From Selaginella moellendorffii (Eukaryota; Plantae; Lycopodiophyta), in contig NW_003314366.1 of NCBI RefSeq assembly GCF_000143415.4, positions 540,568 through 604,567 of the forward strand: a DNA stretch of 64,000 nt. The letters run 5' to 3'. Below are positions 1 through 14,043 of the stretch, in pieces. Below the pieces are notes generated by a model, which had not been told where the DNA came from, made no database searches, and worked only from the letters and a program-made list of their open reading frames with translations. The first letter of the stretch is position 1. Every line of letters begins with the position of its first letter. Made by a program: the position numbers and the translations under genes.

Positions 1-950
1 TTCTTAGACTTTTTCTAATGGTTGATTTATTGATCATTTTGCTTGAAAACCATTTTATTTTTATGAGCCATTGCAAACTAGTGAAGAAGTTAAAGTTGAC
101 TTCAATTACTTTAGACCTTAGTAAGTAGTTTGTATGATGCACTCAAAAAGGATATTAACTTTTGAGGTTAAAGCAATTGAGTTGGATAGAGTCTAGTGTT
201 AGGGTAAAAAAGTGGTTATTATGTTTTTCTAGAAAACTTAAATGCTCTAGGAAATAACTTTAAGCATCTTTATCACTCATAATGCATTTTTTAGCAAAGG
301 CATTAACATAGTGTATAAAGTCCCCACACTACTTTAACTATTGCAACTCTATGTGAAGTCTCAAAAGATCATTTGGCATGTGTTCCTTATAGATACATGA
401 CTGCATTTTAGTTCAACTTCTAATTTATCCTTTTTCAGTGCACACTTGATGCCACTATATTTTGGAATGATCAGTGAGAAATGATTGCACACATGCAACT
501 TTTGTATGATCATCTACATCTACTTCTAGGTAATAGTTTTCCATAGTGTAGACCCATTCTACTAAAATCTGATAGTCTTACATACCTCTGAAATTTGGTA
601 GTTTCAGGGGTTTGAACTTTGAAACTCGTGCAATCAAAGGTGATGTAGAACTTTATTATCTTTAGAATTTGAAGAAGTTTAGTTGTCTTTGCTTCTTTTT
701 TCCTTTTTCTGTTCTCCTTTAGTTTATGAATTTACTTTCACAAATTTTTAATATCAATATCTTGAGCTATATATTGTAGTGTAGCCTCTGGCCCAATCTT
801 TTCCTCTTTTAACTAAGCCTCAACCTCTTTTGCAACATCTCTAACAAAACTTTCTTCCTTTTTTTTTGCTTATCTAGAAGTTTCAGTGTCATTAGCACAA
901 TTCCATTCTCCCATCCCACTAGCTACATGCATATCATCTATCAGTAAACA
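1..950 (-). pseudogene. Decayed Ty3/Gypsy gag-region remnant
   Basis: Minus strand near 525-630 reads VSKFKPLKLPNFRGM*DYQILVEWVYTMENYY, similar to family A Gag VPKYKPKPPPVFKGVNDYKVVEDWFYDMEDYF. Positions 1-240 are homologous to 25090-25190 joined to 57241-57370. Confidence 0.5.
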
Positions 951-1533
951 AATATGTATACAACAAGTTTAAGAAATGGTGCAATTTAATTAATCCTATA
1001 CAGGTCATTTTAAATCTATTATAAAAGTCTTTGCATATGCAATTAAAGTCAGTTAAAATTTGGATAAGAATCCCTAGGACAATTCCTCTAATACAAAATA
1101 TAGCACACTTGAATTTGGAGCTGAACTTTAAGCTCGTTACTCTAAAAAACAAGGGTTCAATACACACTAAAAATCCCCTACAAACATCAACTTTCCATAT
1201 CAAAAACGATGTCAAATGGTATCTAGCACAATTTTGATATACTAATTGCCTAATGTGAGAAGATGGGTACCCCACCAACTAAAGTATCATGGGCTTAGGC
1301 CCAAGCCAAATGTAGAACAACAAGCAACATAACCTAATAATGTCTCAATTCGTCAATCATACTTTTAACCACTATCCCTATTGTATATTTAAAATTTAAA
1401 ACCCTTTATAGCCCATGTTATTTAATAATTAACTTGCATTAGAGCTATTATTTTACTAAAAACTCATAATAATAATAATTTTATTTCTCTCACTCACTTA
1501 AGAAAACAAAAACATAAATAATTAAATTGAATA

Positions 1534-2385
1534 TTAATTTAAACATTTAGGATGATTATTAGTATTTGTAGTCCACCAAACTTTATTTGGTATTGCTGCT
1601 TCATAGATTACTAAATTACAATCATTTTGAATAGTGAGAAATGTAAAAAATAAACAATTTTGTTTTGAGAAACAATTTGTATTTGTAGACCAAATAACTT
1701 TCTTAGATTTGGTATATATCACAAGATTACCATCATTTTGAAGTTTAAGATAACACATATAAAGGCTTTCCAAAAATGGTTTTGAACTCCATAATAACTG
1801 CTTTCCAGAATATAATCCAATAACACAATTTGATTGTAAAATAAGAATATTTTTACCATTTGGAGATGTTAGAAATTCACCAGAAAATAAAATATTATTT
1901 AAAAATCCAGCACTTAAAGTTGATGTGGCAATATGACAATATTTGTTGTATGGGATTTGAGTTTGTAAGACATTACTATAAAGAGTTAATATATCTGTAT
2001 TGTTTCACCAGTAAAATACATTATATGTAAGTTCATAATGTTTACTTGTTATTCTAGCATAATTAGAACGTCTATGTTGAATTTCACTTTTATATTTATT
2101 CAATAGATATAATAAACCATTTTTTAATGCAAGACCATTAATTCTAGTGTTTGTATCTCGACCTATAGAACAATAAGGAGGATTACCATCCATGCGATGA
2201 ACACTTACAAGTGCTGATTCTCTTCCAAAATCTATAGCTATAGCATCATTATAATTTTGGAAATAACTACGAGATGTATTTATATTTTTAGTTAAAGAAT
2301 CAAAACCATATTCAAAAAATTTATTCATTTCTCTTTTAGATAAAGTGTTATTGTTACCCCATGCTCTCTCAGCATCTGCATTGAG
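1534..2385 (-). pseudogene. Unknown N-terminal domain fused to bulb-type (GNA/B-) lectin, one in-frame stop, 5' end lost in N gap
   Basis: ORFs 2005-2328 and 1534-1773 are one reading frame interrupted only by TGA at 2005-2007. The C-terminus has QxDxNxVxY-type repeats (LQSNCVIGLY, LQNDGNLVIY, IQNDCNLVIY) and W-S/T-T-N-T motifs. The frame stays open up to the gap at 2386. Confidence 0.7.
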
Positions 2386-2485
2386 NNNNNNNNNNNNNNN
2401 NNNNNNNNNNNNNNNNNNNNNNNNNNNNNNNNNNNNNNNNNNNNNNNNNNNNNNNNNNNNNNNNNNNNNNNNNNNNNNNNNNNNN
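2386..2485. other. Assembly gap (100 N)
   Basis: Run of N. Confidence 1.
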
Positions 2486-4695
2486 GAACTAAAATTTTAC
2501 TATAAATAAAATTTTAAAAGATGTAATTTCATTTTTAAATATAACAAATAAGTTACACATACTTTTGACCTTTATAGATATATTTGATAATATACCTTAA
2601 TAAATAAAAAGTTAAATTATATACTATTAAATAGTAATACTGAAATATAAAAAGTGTTAAGAAAGTTACTTTTGTTTTAGTGTAATAAATAATACTAAAA
2701 ACTTTAGAAAAAATATACTCTTTATTAACTTTTTATTCTAAGTGTAATATAACTATTTATATTTAAATTTTTAATTTGTTTTTAGTTTTATTATCCTACA
2801 CATATATTATACATTACTGCCAACTAGTGACTTAAGAGAAATCATTAATTCAATATTCCTAGATTAGAATTTTAATATGGCTAATTTTAATCTAGGGCTA
2901 TGGGTGGGGTTTCATATGTCCCCCCCAAAATTTATCCTAGTGCCTGACATCCGTAGAACAAATTAAAAACTAATAAAATAATTTCATTTTTAAAATGGTA
3001 ATTATTATTTATAAAAGTAGCTGAGTTGGCAAAAAAAACATTAATGATCTGGAATTTTAAAGGGGGTTTTAAGTATGGGGATAGGTGCAGGACATATGTA
3101 ATGCAGACTCCTAGGATCGCTCAAAAGGACCCCAAGTTTCTAGTGCATCCCTGCCTTGATCCTGGATTCCCTTCTCATTGCCAAGGTCTTTGGAGACCTA
3201 TGATGATAGTCTAGTGATCCAGCCCAGCTTCCATAAATACAAAGCTAGTGTCACTTCAATCCCCCATGTTGTGCATACCAAAGGATCAAAGTGTTCTAGA
3301 ACACCATACTATGGTGAAAATGCTATTTTTCTATGTTTGTTCTTACTATGTTATAATGATCTTTGCAGGATAATAGAGGCAAACTAGCAATCTCTTGGTT
3401 ATAACTTTTGATATGACCTAGCCATTTGCAATGAGAATTCATGTCATTGAAGTTGAGAGCAATGCTGTGGTGATCAAAATCATGGATGTGTAGCTTTGGA
3501 GGAATTCTTTGACCTGCTAAAGTATAAATTACAATAGCTTTTTCAGTTTGGAAGCTTCAATCTAATCATATTTCAGTATTAGTAGCCAGATAATAAAAAG
3601 AATAGAAAAGTTCAACTCATGATCATTGGTAATATGGTGATTTCTTTATGCTCTTCTCACTTGTTCTCAACAACACCTAGATCAACTACATTGCCACTTT
3701 GCAAAGAATTCTGATGCGTCATTTCTATCTTCAAATCTGTAAAAGGATTATACTCAAGCAAAGGTGCATTGTTGCTAGATTGGATTGCTCATTTGAAGTG
3801 TCTTTAAACTGGCTAGACTTGCATTATAAGCTTGAGAATAGATGAGTAAAGTTCAAGGAGCCCTAATTCGGTTTGGAGATGCAATATGCAATTCATTTAA
3901 GTCAAGTGACTGCTAATTAGACAAATTGCTGGAAATCCCTTATGAAGTTTTCTCCAGTATAACACTCTAGAACTTACAAGCAATCCAAGATGTTTGTCTC
4001 ATGTATGGGAGCAATAAATCAAGCCCAATGATGCCAGTGTAATTGATGTCATCTTCTCAGAGTTTTGCTAATTATAGCAGTAAACAAAAACCACATGGTT
4101 GAGCCTTTGAGAAATATTCCACTATAAGAATATTCAAGGGTGGAGGGATATTCTAGGGTATATTTCCCTCACTTGTTAGGGTTTATTGAGTTTAAATATG
4201 TTATCACTCCAAACATCTAGCAAGTTCCATTGAGAAGGATTGTTTCTAGCCAATCCTTCTCAATAATTTCTTACTTCTTCAGGCTTGGAGTGATTTTTGG
4301 AGGAATTTATATAAATCCTTGCTTTTTAGCAATGTAGCATGTGGTAAAGAAGTCTCTAGGATATCAAGCTGTATTATAAAGGATTCCAAATATACATTGG
4401 TTGGAAGCATGGTTGACTATATGAAACATTAGTTTCATCTTTTAAGCTATATTGGTCCTTATTTTGCATCTAACTCCATACTTTGTTGGTTGATGGAGCA
4501 CTTTTATCCTCACATTAGGCTACCAATATGCTTAAATTTCATTTGGCTCTATTTTATATAGTTTCTATTCCCAGATATTCTAGATATATTCACTATATCT
4601 CTCTTACTTTTAGCATTGGAAATGCATAGGCTTTGAAATCCCAGCTATAGACAAATATTTTGTTACAAAGTGTCTTAAGAGGCCTTTGAGAGGGT

Positions 4696-4795
4696 NNNNN
4701 NNNNNNNNNNNNNNNNNNNNNNNNNNNNNNNNNNNNNNNNNNNNNNNNNNNNNNNNNNNNNNNNNNNNNNNNNNNNNNNNNNNNNNNNNNNNNNN
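4696..4795. other. Assembly gap (100 N)
   Basis: Run of N. Confidence 1.
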
Positions 4796-6740
4796 GTTTT
4801 TTTTGGAAATATCAATCATATCCCAATTGTATAAACACTTGATTGTGATCCTGGAACACCTCTGTAAGCTTAAGACTTGGAGCTTATTAAATTCTTGTGT
4901 ACATTAGCTCTACTCAAAGCCAACCAAGGGTAATGATGACTAAACTGTTCTAAAACCTTGTCAGCATGTGAAAGGTAAATTCTATGGTAAGGGCTACTTT
5001 TTTAGATCCTTTGAGTTTCATATAAGTTGAGAATTTTAAGGTTGCAACAAACTTTATAGATTGCTCTTGCAAAGCCCCCAAAACATGAGTGATCTTAGCT
5101 GTCAGCCAAAATCTATGATCATCATCAAGAGTTGTGACTCTAACCCTATGCAGTGGCATGACATGCCATGTGGACTTCTCATGAAGAGAAGTGCATAGAT
5201 CTCCAACACTCTCTCACTCAATCTGATAAAAAAGCATACTGGAAATCACCTCCTCATCCCATCCAAGCTTGGGTCAAGTGACACCTCACAACGGCCTCTC
5301 TCTGATCACACCAAACAAGCTGTGATCTACACCTAAAGAATAGGAAAGAATATACCTAAAAAGATAACCATGCTGCCCTAAAATACTAGCACCTAGATTC
5401 TAGAACACCATTCTAGACAATATGATTAATCATGTTTTACATTTACTCAAACTTACGATCATAATTAGGATGGAATTCAAATTGGAGAGATGGCATTTAG
5501 TATAGTTAAATCTACACTGAACTTGGATGGAACAATATCCAAAAACTTCTTTCCAATGTAAATAATATAAATGTGAAAGCACATAATCTTGGAGCTAGAG
5601 AATAAAAGTGGGAAGGCAAGTTTAGGCTTAACCTCACCCCACCCTTTCTACATCTAATAATGTTTCTTGGAGTGTGACTTGAGTTGTGCATTTTTTCTGT
5701 GTGGTTTGGACTGGATTGTGCTTGTGTCCAAGATTCTCTTGTTTCAATAGGAATTGTGTTTCTTAATAGTGTAGTGTCCAAGTACTTTGGATTGAGTGTG
5801 TTTGGAGATCCCATGTTGGCATGCTACAAGGCTAAGTCATGTCTGCATGAAAACAATCTCTAATTTTTGTTTTAATCTCAAGATCCTCAACTATCATGAA
5901 TATGATTGTGTGTATCAAAAGTTATTTGTCAATGAGTTCTTTCGGATATTCTTTCCTGATTGCTATGACAGTAGTAAGTCAATATTGCTAGACCATTTAT
6001 CAGTCTCCACCCAAACTAGTTGAGAAATCGGTCATCATATGTGCACTTAGATCGAAAGGGCACTAAGGGAGGAAATCCTAAATTAACATTTATCCAAGCA
6101 TATTTAACATGGTGATAAGAAATTTATATTGTTAGCTTTCACTTGCTAGTGTTGGGAATCTCTGTGATATTGAGTTTAGTCCCTTAATACTTGCTATATA
6201 GTAGCTTACTGTGTTCACCAAGACACTCTCATTATCATACCCCATATATTGGTTTCGATTGAGGGAGGTCTGAGGGGTTCCAAATGTATAATAGCGATAT
6301 TGGACATGGTTGACCAACTTGAGGTATAATTTAGCTCCCATTCATATGCCTGTCCTTGTTTTACATCTAACTTGGGTTTAATCCCAAATGCCATACTATA
6401 CTATCTAGTTAAGTATTCATATCCTTGCATGCTGAAATTATACCAAATTTCATTTGGCTCTATTTTTCTTGTTGATTCTGACATTGGGATGCTAGATACT
6501 TTAAGATTGTTTCATTATCACTCTATACTCCTATCCCTTTGCTCTTTGGGTTGTATGCTTAGGAGTTGCTTTATGCTCCTATCCCTTCACTCCTTGGGTT
6601 ATACAATTAAGAGTCTTATTATACTTTACTTCTTTCACTCCTTAGTTACATACTTGAGAGTTTGGCTTCGTCCTTTCATTTAGTGGCCCAAAGCCTTGAA
6701 CCTAAAACTTAGGTTCTACTCCACTACCCTTGGAAACTTG

Positions 6741-9700
6741 TGTAAGTGACTAAATTTTCCATTCTACTTTAGTCACTTAACTATACCTTCAACCACTTAG
6801 AGGTGTCTCACTCACAATCTCCATAAGTTTTATTCCTGACTTAGGGGCATACTAACCCCGTGAATGACATCTATGCCACTCAGACTTTACACTTAGCCCA
6901 AGTGCTCTATGTGTACAATCCCATTATGAACACCTAAAAGTACCACTGACATATCAACCTGTTATGCTAAAGCCATGTCCATTCACCTTTGTCTCATTGG
7001 TAGTCCAAGACCACCTATAACACAGACCCATCTCCCAAAAATTGGGTCATTCATTCATGGGTGGTCATCCTCTAACCACACCTTAACACCCTTAAGATGC
7101 CCAGAGACATGGGGAACACCCTTCCCCATTATCCTTCCATTGGTCTCCACCAAGTCTCACTCTGTCCATAGTAGTGCTCATCAATACCGCTATTAAGTCA
7201 GGGCCTGAAAGCTCGACTATTAAGTCCCATTGACCTCTAGGACTTCTGGGACCATGCCCTTGATTACTATGCAATAGAATTGCTCCTCTTCATTCCATAG
7301 TTTGGGACTTTGGGATAACATTTCAAAACACCATGGCCCTACACGAGCCTCATAGGTACTCTCCCCATGTTTAGCCTTTTGGTGCCTTAGCCATGTGGCT
7401 AAAGCAAGGTTCCATTAAGCCATACCAAGTATCCAAATAGATAGTGCCACCCATATTTGGATTGGGAGCATCGATCATTTGATTTCCCAAGGGAGCTAGA
7501 GCTAGTTTTTGAACACTTCACTAAGTTACCTTGCTTATTCATCTATGTTTACTTTAGCCTTGGATTCCTCAGTGGTTATATAATCACCCACTATATGGGT
7601 ATAGTCTTCCTTGGTCACATTGGCTTTTCCTAGCTAAATTGGCTCCATTGGAGTCCTCCCCTTACTATACTTTTGGAGTTCACCAAACCCTCTAGGGCTT
7701 TGGAAACGATCCCTTTGGGCTTTCACCCTTGGACTAAGACTTAGTCTCAGTCTCGGTCTCAGTCTCAATTTCAATCTTGGTCTTAGTCTCGGTCTCAGTC
7801 TTAGTCTCGGTCTCGGTCTCAGTCTCAGTCTTGGTCTCGGTCTTGATCTTGGTCTCAGTCGCAATCTTGGATCTGGTCTTAGTTCCCATCTCGAACTTGA
7901 CCCCAGACTCCATCTCAGACTCCTTCTCGGACTCCACTTCAAACTCCTTCTTAGACTCCATCTCAAACTCCGTCTGGGGTCCATCTTAGACTCCATCCCA
8001 AACTCCTTTGTGGACTCCATCTCGAATCCATCTTGAACTCCTTATTGGATTCCATCTCAAGTCTATCTTGGACTTCTTCTCGGACTCCATCTCAAGTCCA
8101 TCTTAGGTCCATCTTAAACTCCATCCCAGACTCCATTTCAAGTTCAACTTAGACTCCATCTCAGACTCCATCTCGGGCTCCACCTTAGACTCCATCTTGG
8201 ACTCCTTCTCGAACTTTATCTCCATCTCAAACTCCTTTTCAACCTCCTTCTCAGACTCGGTCTCGAAACTTCCACATATAAAGTGTTGGTCTTCTTTTGT
8301 TCCATTTCTAAAGGCTTGCTTATTGATCACTTCGTGCTCTTTTATTGAGCACTTCTTTGGGAGTTCCACTCCCGCTTTTGACTTTTCAAATTAGAACTTT
8401 TAGTCTAAATGTGTTATTCTTGTTTAGCTTTTGCTTTGGCCACTACCACATGGCACCCTTTTGGCTCCATTTTGGGGCTTAGGGATTTATGTCTCATAAC
8501 TCCACCACCCATAGAAAAAGTTTGATGTTTTCATCGAATGTTAAACCATTTTATAAAGTAACCCTATCATAGATTATTATTTTCATTCTTAATATTTATC
8601 AATAGTTCAACATTGAAAGCTTACCATGCCTTGCCCATCCTCTAAGGAGCATAGTCTTTCCAACTTAGAATCTTATTAAATCACTAATGGTAATTCTCTA
8701 CCATTGTTTATTTAGTTCTTGCTAAACCCATTAGAGACACCTCCGCTATCTCAATATTACTATTTATTCTGGAGTACTTTTAGCCTCTACCAATATAACT
8801 ATCATACTCTGGAACTTTAATTTTGACATCTTAAGTCAATTCCCTAAGTGTGTCCAACATCTTGCTTTATATCAGTTATGCAAATATCACTTTCCCATCC
8901 TAGGAAGTTCTTTATTAAAGGATATTATCATCCTCTCTTTTATTTTATGCTACATTTAGCATTAAGTTCCACTTATCCATAATTCATGTTAGGGTTATCT
9001 ATGGCCTTATCATTTGGCTATTTTATCGCTCCATCTCTCTTGAAGCTTTCACTTTCGCTAAATTGGAGCATTTGGGAAATCCAATTTAATTCCTTTCCTA
9101 CAATCTGTTAATATCCATCATATATGTGTTCTTCGCTTAATTTATCATTTGGATTTCTTTCAATAATTTCCACAGCCCATTCTTGGCCACTAATCTTTTG
9201 CTCTTATCCTTGGATTATTGCACCAAGCAATATAAGATCACTACCTTCAATCTTGAGGTATCCTTTCGGTTCCATAATAAAGGATCTGTTTTGCCAAGTT
9301 TAAAAGGCATTCATCCCTAGTAAGTCTCTCTAGCATTTTCTACCATGAGTCCTATTTATGGCCCCATTTTGTGATCTTCCCATGGGTCCTTCCTTTGAGA
9401 CTACCTTTTTTTTTACTCATATTACTATTGTATTATTATAGCTCATTTCCCCTAGGTGTCTTTCCCATTTTGTCACTTTGACTAAGTCACATCATTACCA
9501 ATAGTTTAAATACACACTTTGAATTAGGAATTTTATCTCTTAATCTCACAAGGACCTTATCCTTGTTTAGCCATAAGATCACCTATTTTGACACTTTAAT
9601 AGATTTGTTAATAGGTGTTAGGTTTTCTAGACCATTAAGTTGTTGACTATACCCCCACACTTAGTGGTGCGCCCAAGTTAGCCCTTCCAACCAAAGGTCC

Positions 9701-12700
9701 ATAGCATTGGGTGTCCCCATCTCATTTACCATATCCTTGGTGCCATTTACACCAAGGTGTTAAAGTTAGATATGCCAAGTTTTCACACTAAACAATCTAA
9801 TTATGCATCATAATTTCAAAGCATCCCCCACTTGGCGGTGCACCCAAGCCAGCCTCCTTATTAAGAGTCCATGACCACTAAAAAATGAGTATCTTTACAT
9901 TCCAAATCATCATCACACCCTAGTAGGTTGGGACTCGAACACAAGCACTAAAGAGTTAGGATTTGAACCCAACCTCTATATATGCATCTACGAGCGGCAT
10001 CACCAAGGACACCTAGTGTGACTCCCCACACTGGTGCACCAAATTATACTTAATATGCGTTACGGATCACAGCTTAGGAACCTAATTCTTCCAAACTGCC
10101 AAATCCTCTCACTTGACAAATTTGTAATCATGCATGGATTCCTCCATACTTGGCCTATAGGTCACCTCTTTTGAAGTCAACACTTTCAATTAGGGTTTTT
10201 GTTCCCCTCGACTTATCAATCTCGCTTAACAAGTCACCCGATTAATGTAACATGGTTTTTTGCATAAGTGTGAAAGTCCTTAAACATTAACTTTCGTTTA
10301 AAGCCATCTCTTTGAACTTATGGGAACTACCTCCCCAACTTTAATAGCATCATCTCATGGCAAACTTTAAAACAATGCTTTTGCTGTGCCACTATGATTT
10401 TATGCAATCCCATGAATCATTTACACTTGTTTTTCTAGGTACCTACATACCCAGAATGGTTTTTGAAAATATTGAAAGGACTCTATCCTTAATTTGTTAG
10501 GGCCTCTCGTTTCGCAAGCTTTTTAATTGCCATATGGTCTAACATAGACAATTTCATACTTTAGATTCTTTATGCATCATAATTGCCAATAGCAACACTT
10601 TTAAGCACCCACTTAATTCTCCACTCCTATCTTGCATAACCACTCTTGGCTATGCTCTTTGATTCTTATGGTTTGGTTCTATCCCTTTAAGTTCCCTTCG
10701 GTTATTTTTCTCCAGGCTAAAATGATAACTTTGCACTTTTTATCATGCTTTAGTAAGTATTCTTAAGGATGAGCCTACTTGATAGCCTAGGGAGTGGTTC
10801 TTGAATCTGGATATGCTCACTTTGTCATCCCACACACCAAGATTAATATTGCTACTTATAGGCCTCTTTATACTTATTGTTAACCATGCCAAAATCCTTT
10901 TGGTTTTATTCACTTTAAATAGTTAGACTTACTCTATCTCTGGCTTTTGTTAATCTTGGATATATGATAGCATCTTCTATCCATTTTTCTCTAAAGAATT
11001 AATCCCTTAGGCCTTAGTTAATGACCCTATAATATTAAACACCACTACCTGGGTGTTTTAAAGTGCTTATATGTTTCAATTGTCACGAATGTGACTTTGG
11101 GTATTGAAAGCTACTTGTTGACTGTCATTTTGGATATTCTTTCTTTACTGCCATAACTGCAGGAGGTCAGTATTGCTGGACCCTTTATTAGTCCCTTTTG
11201 TGCTAGTGGAGTTAACTAGGCATTTCGAGTGTACTTAGACCGGACGAGTATAAGGACAAAATTTCTATGTGCTATTAGTTAAGCATACTTAGCCTGGTAA
11301 GGAGTTCCTATCTTATTGTGTCTTACACTAGCTAGTGATAAGAACCTTTGCATATCGAGACTAATCCTTCAATATCACTGGATGATAGCTTACTATGTTT
11401 GCCAAACACCCTTATTATCATGCTCTTTGTGTTTGTGTTATGGAAAGTGTGTAGATTTACTCATTTGGCATATCTACGGAATGTAGAGATTGTCCTGAAC
11501 ACAATAGTGTTCATCCCGTATCCAAATTTGCAATCTAAGGACATTCCATATTTAGTAAGTTTCAAACTTGTCCAAAAGACTAACTCCTGGTACTAAAAGA
11601 GGCTTGGGGTGAAAGCCCAAAGCATGTGGATAGTGGGTAGATCGGGCATGGCTTGTCTAGACCCTAAATCTGAGGCATCTTGCGTGCCTATCCTTGTTCT
11701 GCATCCAGCTTGGGTCTAAGCCTAAGTTCTATTCCATGCTAACTGGTGGAATACCCATATCCTTGCATTAGGCCACCGATATGCTGAAATAGCACCAGAC
11801 TCCATTTGGCTTCATTTTGCGTGTTTGTTCTAGCATTAGGATGCTAGATGCTCTAAGAGTATTCCAAATCGCTCAAAATTCCTGTCCGTTTACTCTTTGG
11901 GCTGTATGCTCGAGAGTTGCTCCATGGTCTAGTTCCCTTACTCTTTGGCTCCATGCTTAGGAGTTTGGCTCTGTACCTTCATACAATGGCCCAAGGCTTT
12001 GAAACTTGGGTTCTACACACGTGGCATGTAACACGTGGCATATGGAGGGTTTAGGTTCTGCTTCGTATGGTAATTCATCATAGGATAAAGGGTAAAAATT
12101 ACATATGCTACATCAATAATGGACTTCTTTGACAATAAGCATTTTCCTTTATGACATTGATTTATTATATTGCAACATAAGTAATTTATCCCCCAAGGGA
12201 TATATTTAACCTCCTTTTTATCCTAACAAGAAGACTCGAGAAGTTAGCTTTCACCATTCCAACTATTTACTCCCAACCTTTGTTTAGTTGTTTCATAGTC
12301 ATCAAGCCCTACAACTCATTGTTGGTGCTTCTACATCTCCATCAATATTCAGCCACAGCACTTAAATCATATGCCTTCAAACTTAGGCTATGCCAATCCC
12401 ATTTTCATTGGGATTTCTTTGTCAAAAGGTTCTCATGAACCAACCAACTTTGACTTCAAGGCATCACACCTTGGCACATTTAGTGTCTCCATACTATTAG
12501 CTCTATAAGCCTACCCTTATGACACTTCCCACTAGTGTTTAAGTCTTTGTTAAAACAATAGTAGTCATTTCTTAAGTCAACTATTAGTTAGCATTACAAT
12601 ACAGTGTTCATACGCAACTTCTCGCCAAAGTTGCTATCTTCCGTAAACACCTTTTCACAACTTTAGTATGGCACTTTTTGCCATCAATGAGATACCCACT

Positions 12701-14043
12701 ATTCTTATACTTGGATATTATGATCCTCTTAGCCCTTCATAAGGTACAACACATCTCTATCCAAATGGGATTCCTCCAAGCCTTTGGGACCATCCCTTGA
12801 CTTTATTGAGTTATCTATTGTTGATTTAACATCTTATAAGGTTTTATCCTCTTGGCTACTTTTGAGGTGCTGCCACACTTAAATACAACTCATTCATAAG
12901 GACCATTTTTGTAAATGTTACTCCAACACTTGATTATCTTTGGTTTTATATGAGCTACTTTTGCCCTTTAGAACCATGATGAGAACACTGATTCATCCTT
13001 TGAGCACACCCCCCAACACCTTGGGTTGTTTTGGCCTTTATTAAAGGTAGCCCTAACTACCATTTTAAGGGTATATATCATAACCTTCCTTAATCATATT
13101 AGCATTTCCTGGCCAAACTAGCTCCACTAAAGTCTTCCCCCTACTATACTTTTGGAGCTCACTAAACCCCCCAGGGTCTGGGAGATGATCGCTTTGGGCT
13201 TTCACCCTCAGACTCGAACTTGGAATTAAACTTAGACTCAGACTCAGACTTGGATTTGGACTCGGACTTGGACTCGGACTCAGACTCAGTCTCATACTTG
13301 GACTCGGACTTGGACTCGGACTCAGACTCGGACTTGGATTTGGACTTGGAGTCGGACTTAGTCTCGATCTTTGTCTCGATCTTAGTCTTAGTCTTGGTCT
13401 TGATCTCGGACCTGGTCTTAGTTCCTATCTTGAACTTGACCTCATGCTCCATCTTGGATTCCATCTCGAAATCCTTCTTGGACTCCATCTCAGACTCCTC
13501 CTCAGGTTCTATCTTGGACTCCTTCTCGAACTTCATTTCGGGTCCATTTCGGACTCCATCTTGGACTCCATCTCGGGTCCATCTTGGACTCCTTCTTAGA
13601 CTCCATCTTGGGTCCATCTTGGACTCTATCTCTGGTCCAACTTAGACTCCCTCTTGGACTCTATCTCGGACTTCATCTCAGGTCCATTTCAAATTCCATC
13701 CCAGACTCCATCTCAGGTCCAACTCAGACTCCATCTCAGGTCCAACTCAGACTCCATCTCGAGCTCCACCTTAGACTCCATCTTGAATTCCTTCTCGGAC
13801 TCGGTCCTAACACTTTCACGTGTCATGTGTTGGTCCTTTTTTGTTCTATTTCTAGAGGCTTGTTTATTGATCACTTCATGTTCTTTCCTCGAGCACTTCT
13901 TTAGGAGTTCCACTCCCACTCTCAACTTTTCAAGTCAAATCTTTTAATCCAAATGTGTTATGCTTGTTTGGCTTTTGCTTCGGCCACTACCATATGGCAC
14001 CCTCTCGGCTCCACTTTGGGGCTTTAAGGATTTATGTTTCACA
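6741..14043 (-). mobile_element. Old family B (LARD-like) LTR element, internally deleted, inserted in a family C LTR
   Basis: LTR TGTAAGTGACTAAATTTTCC at 6741-8498 followed by the PPT complement ACTCCACCACCCAT. Internal region is homologous to 50953-55048. Partial second LTR ends ...TCACA at 14043. Flanks ACTTG/ACTTA (5-bp TSD, 1 mismatch). Confidence 0.75.
11081..12112. mobile_element. Solo LTR, family C
   Basis: TG...CA ends with a perfect TSD TCAAT (11076-80 / 12113-17). It interrupts B internal sequence and is similar to 6480-6730 and 14049-14128. Confidence 0.75.

Noticed and set aside
2005-2007. TGA-as-Trp alternative genetic code in the lectin gene
   Set aside because: All other Trp codons I read in the frame are TGG. 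A single nonsense mutation is the simpler explanation.
3000-6700. Host genes in the short ORFs of this region
   Set aside because: Stop-ridden and partly similar to family C LTR and decayed retroelement sequence. No supportable gene model.
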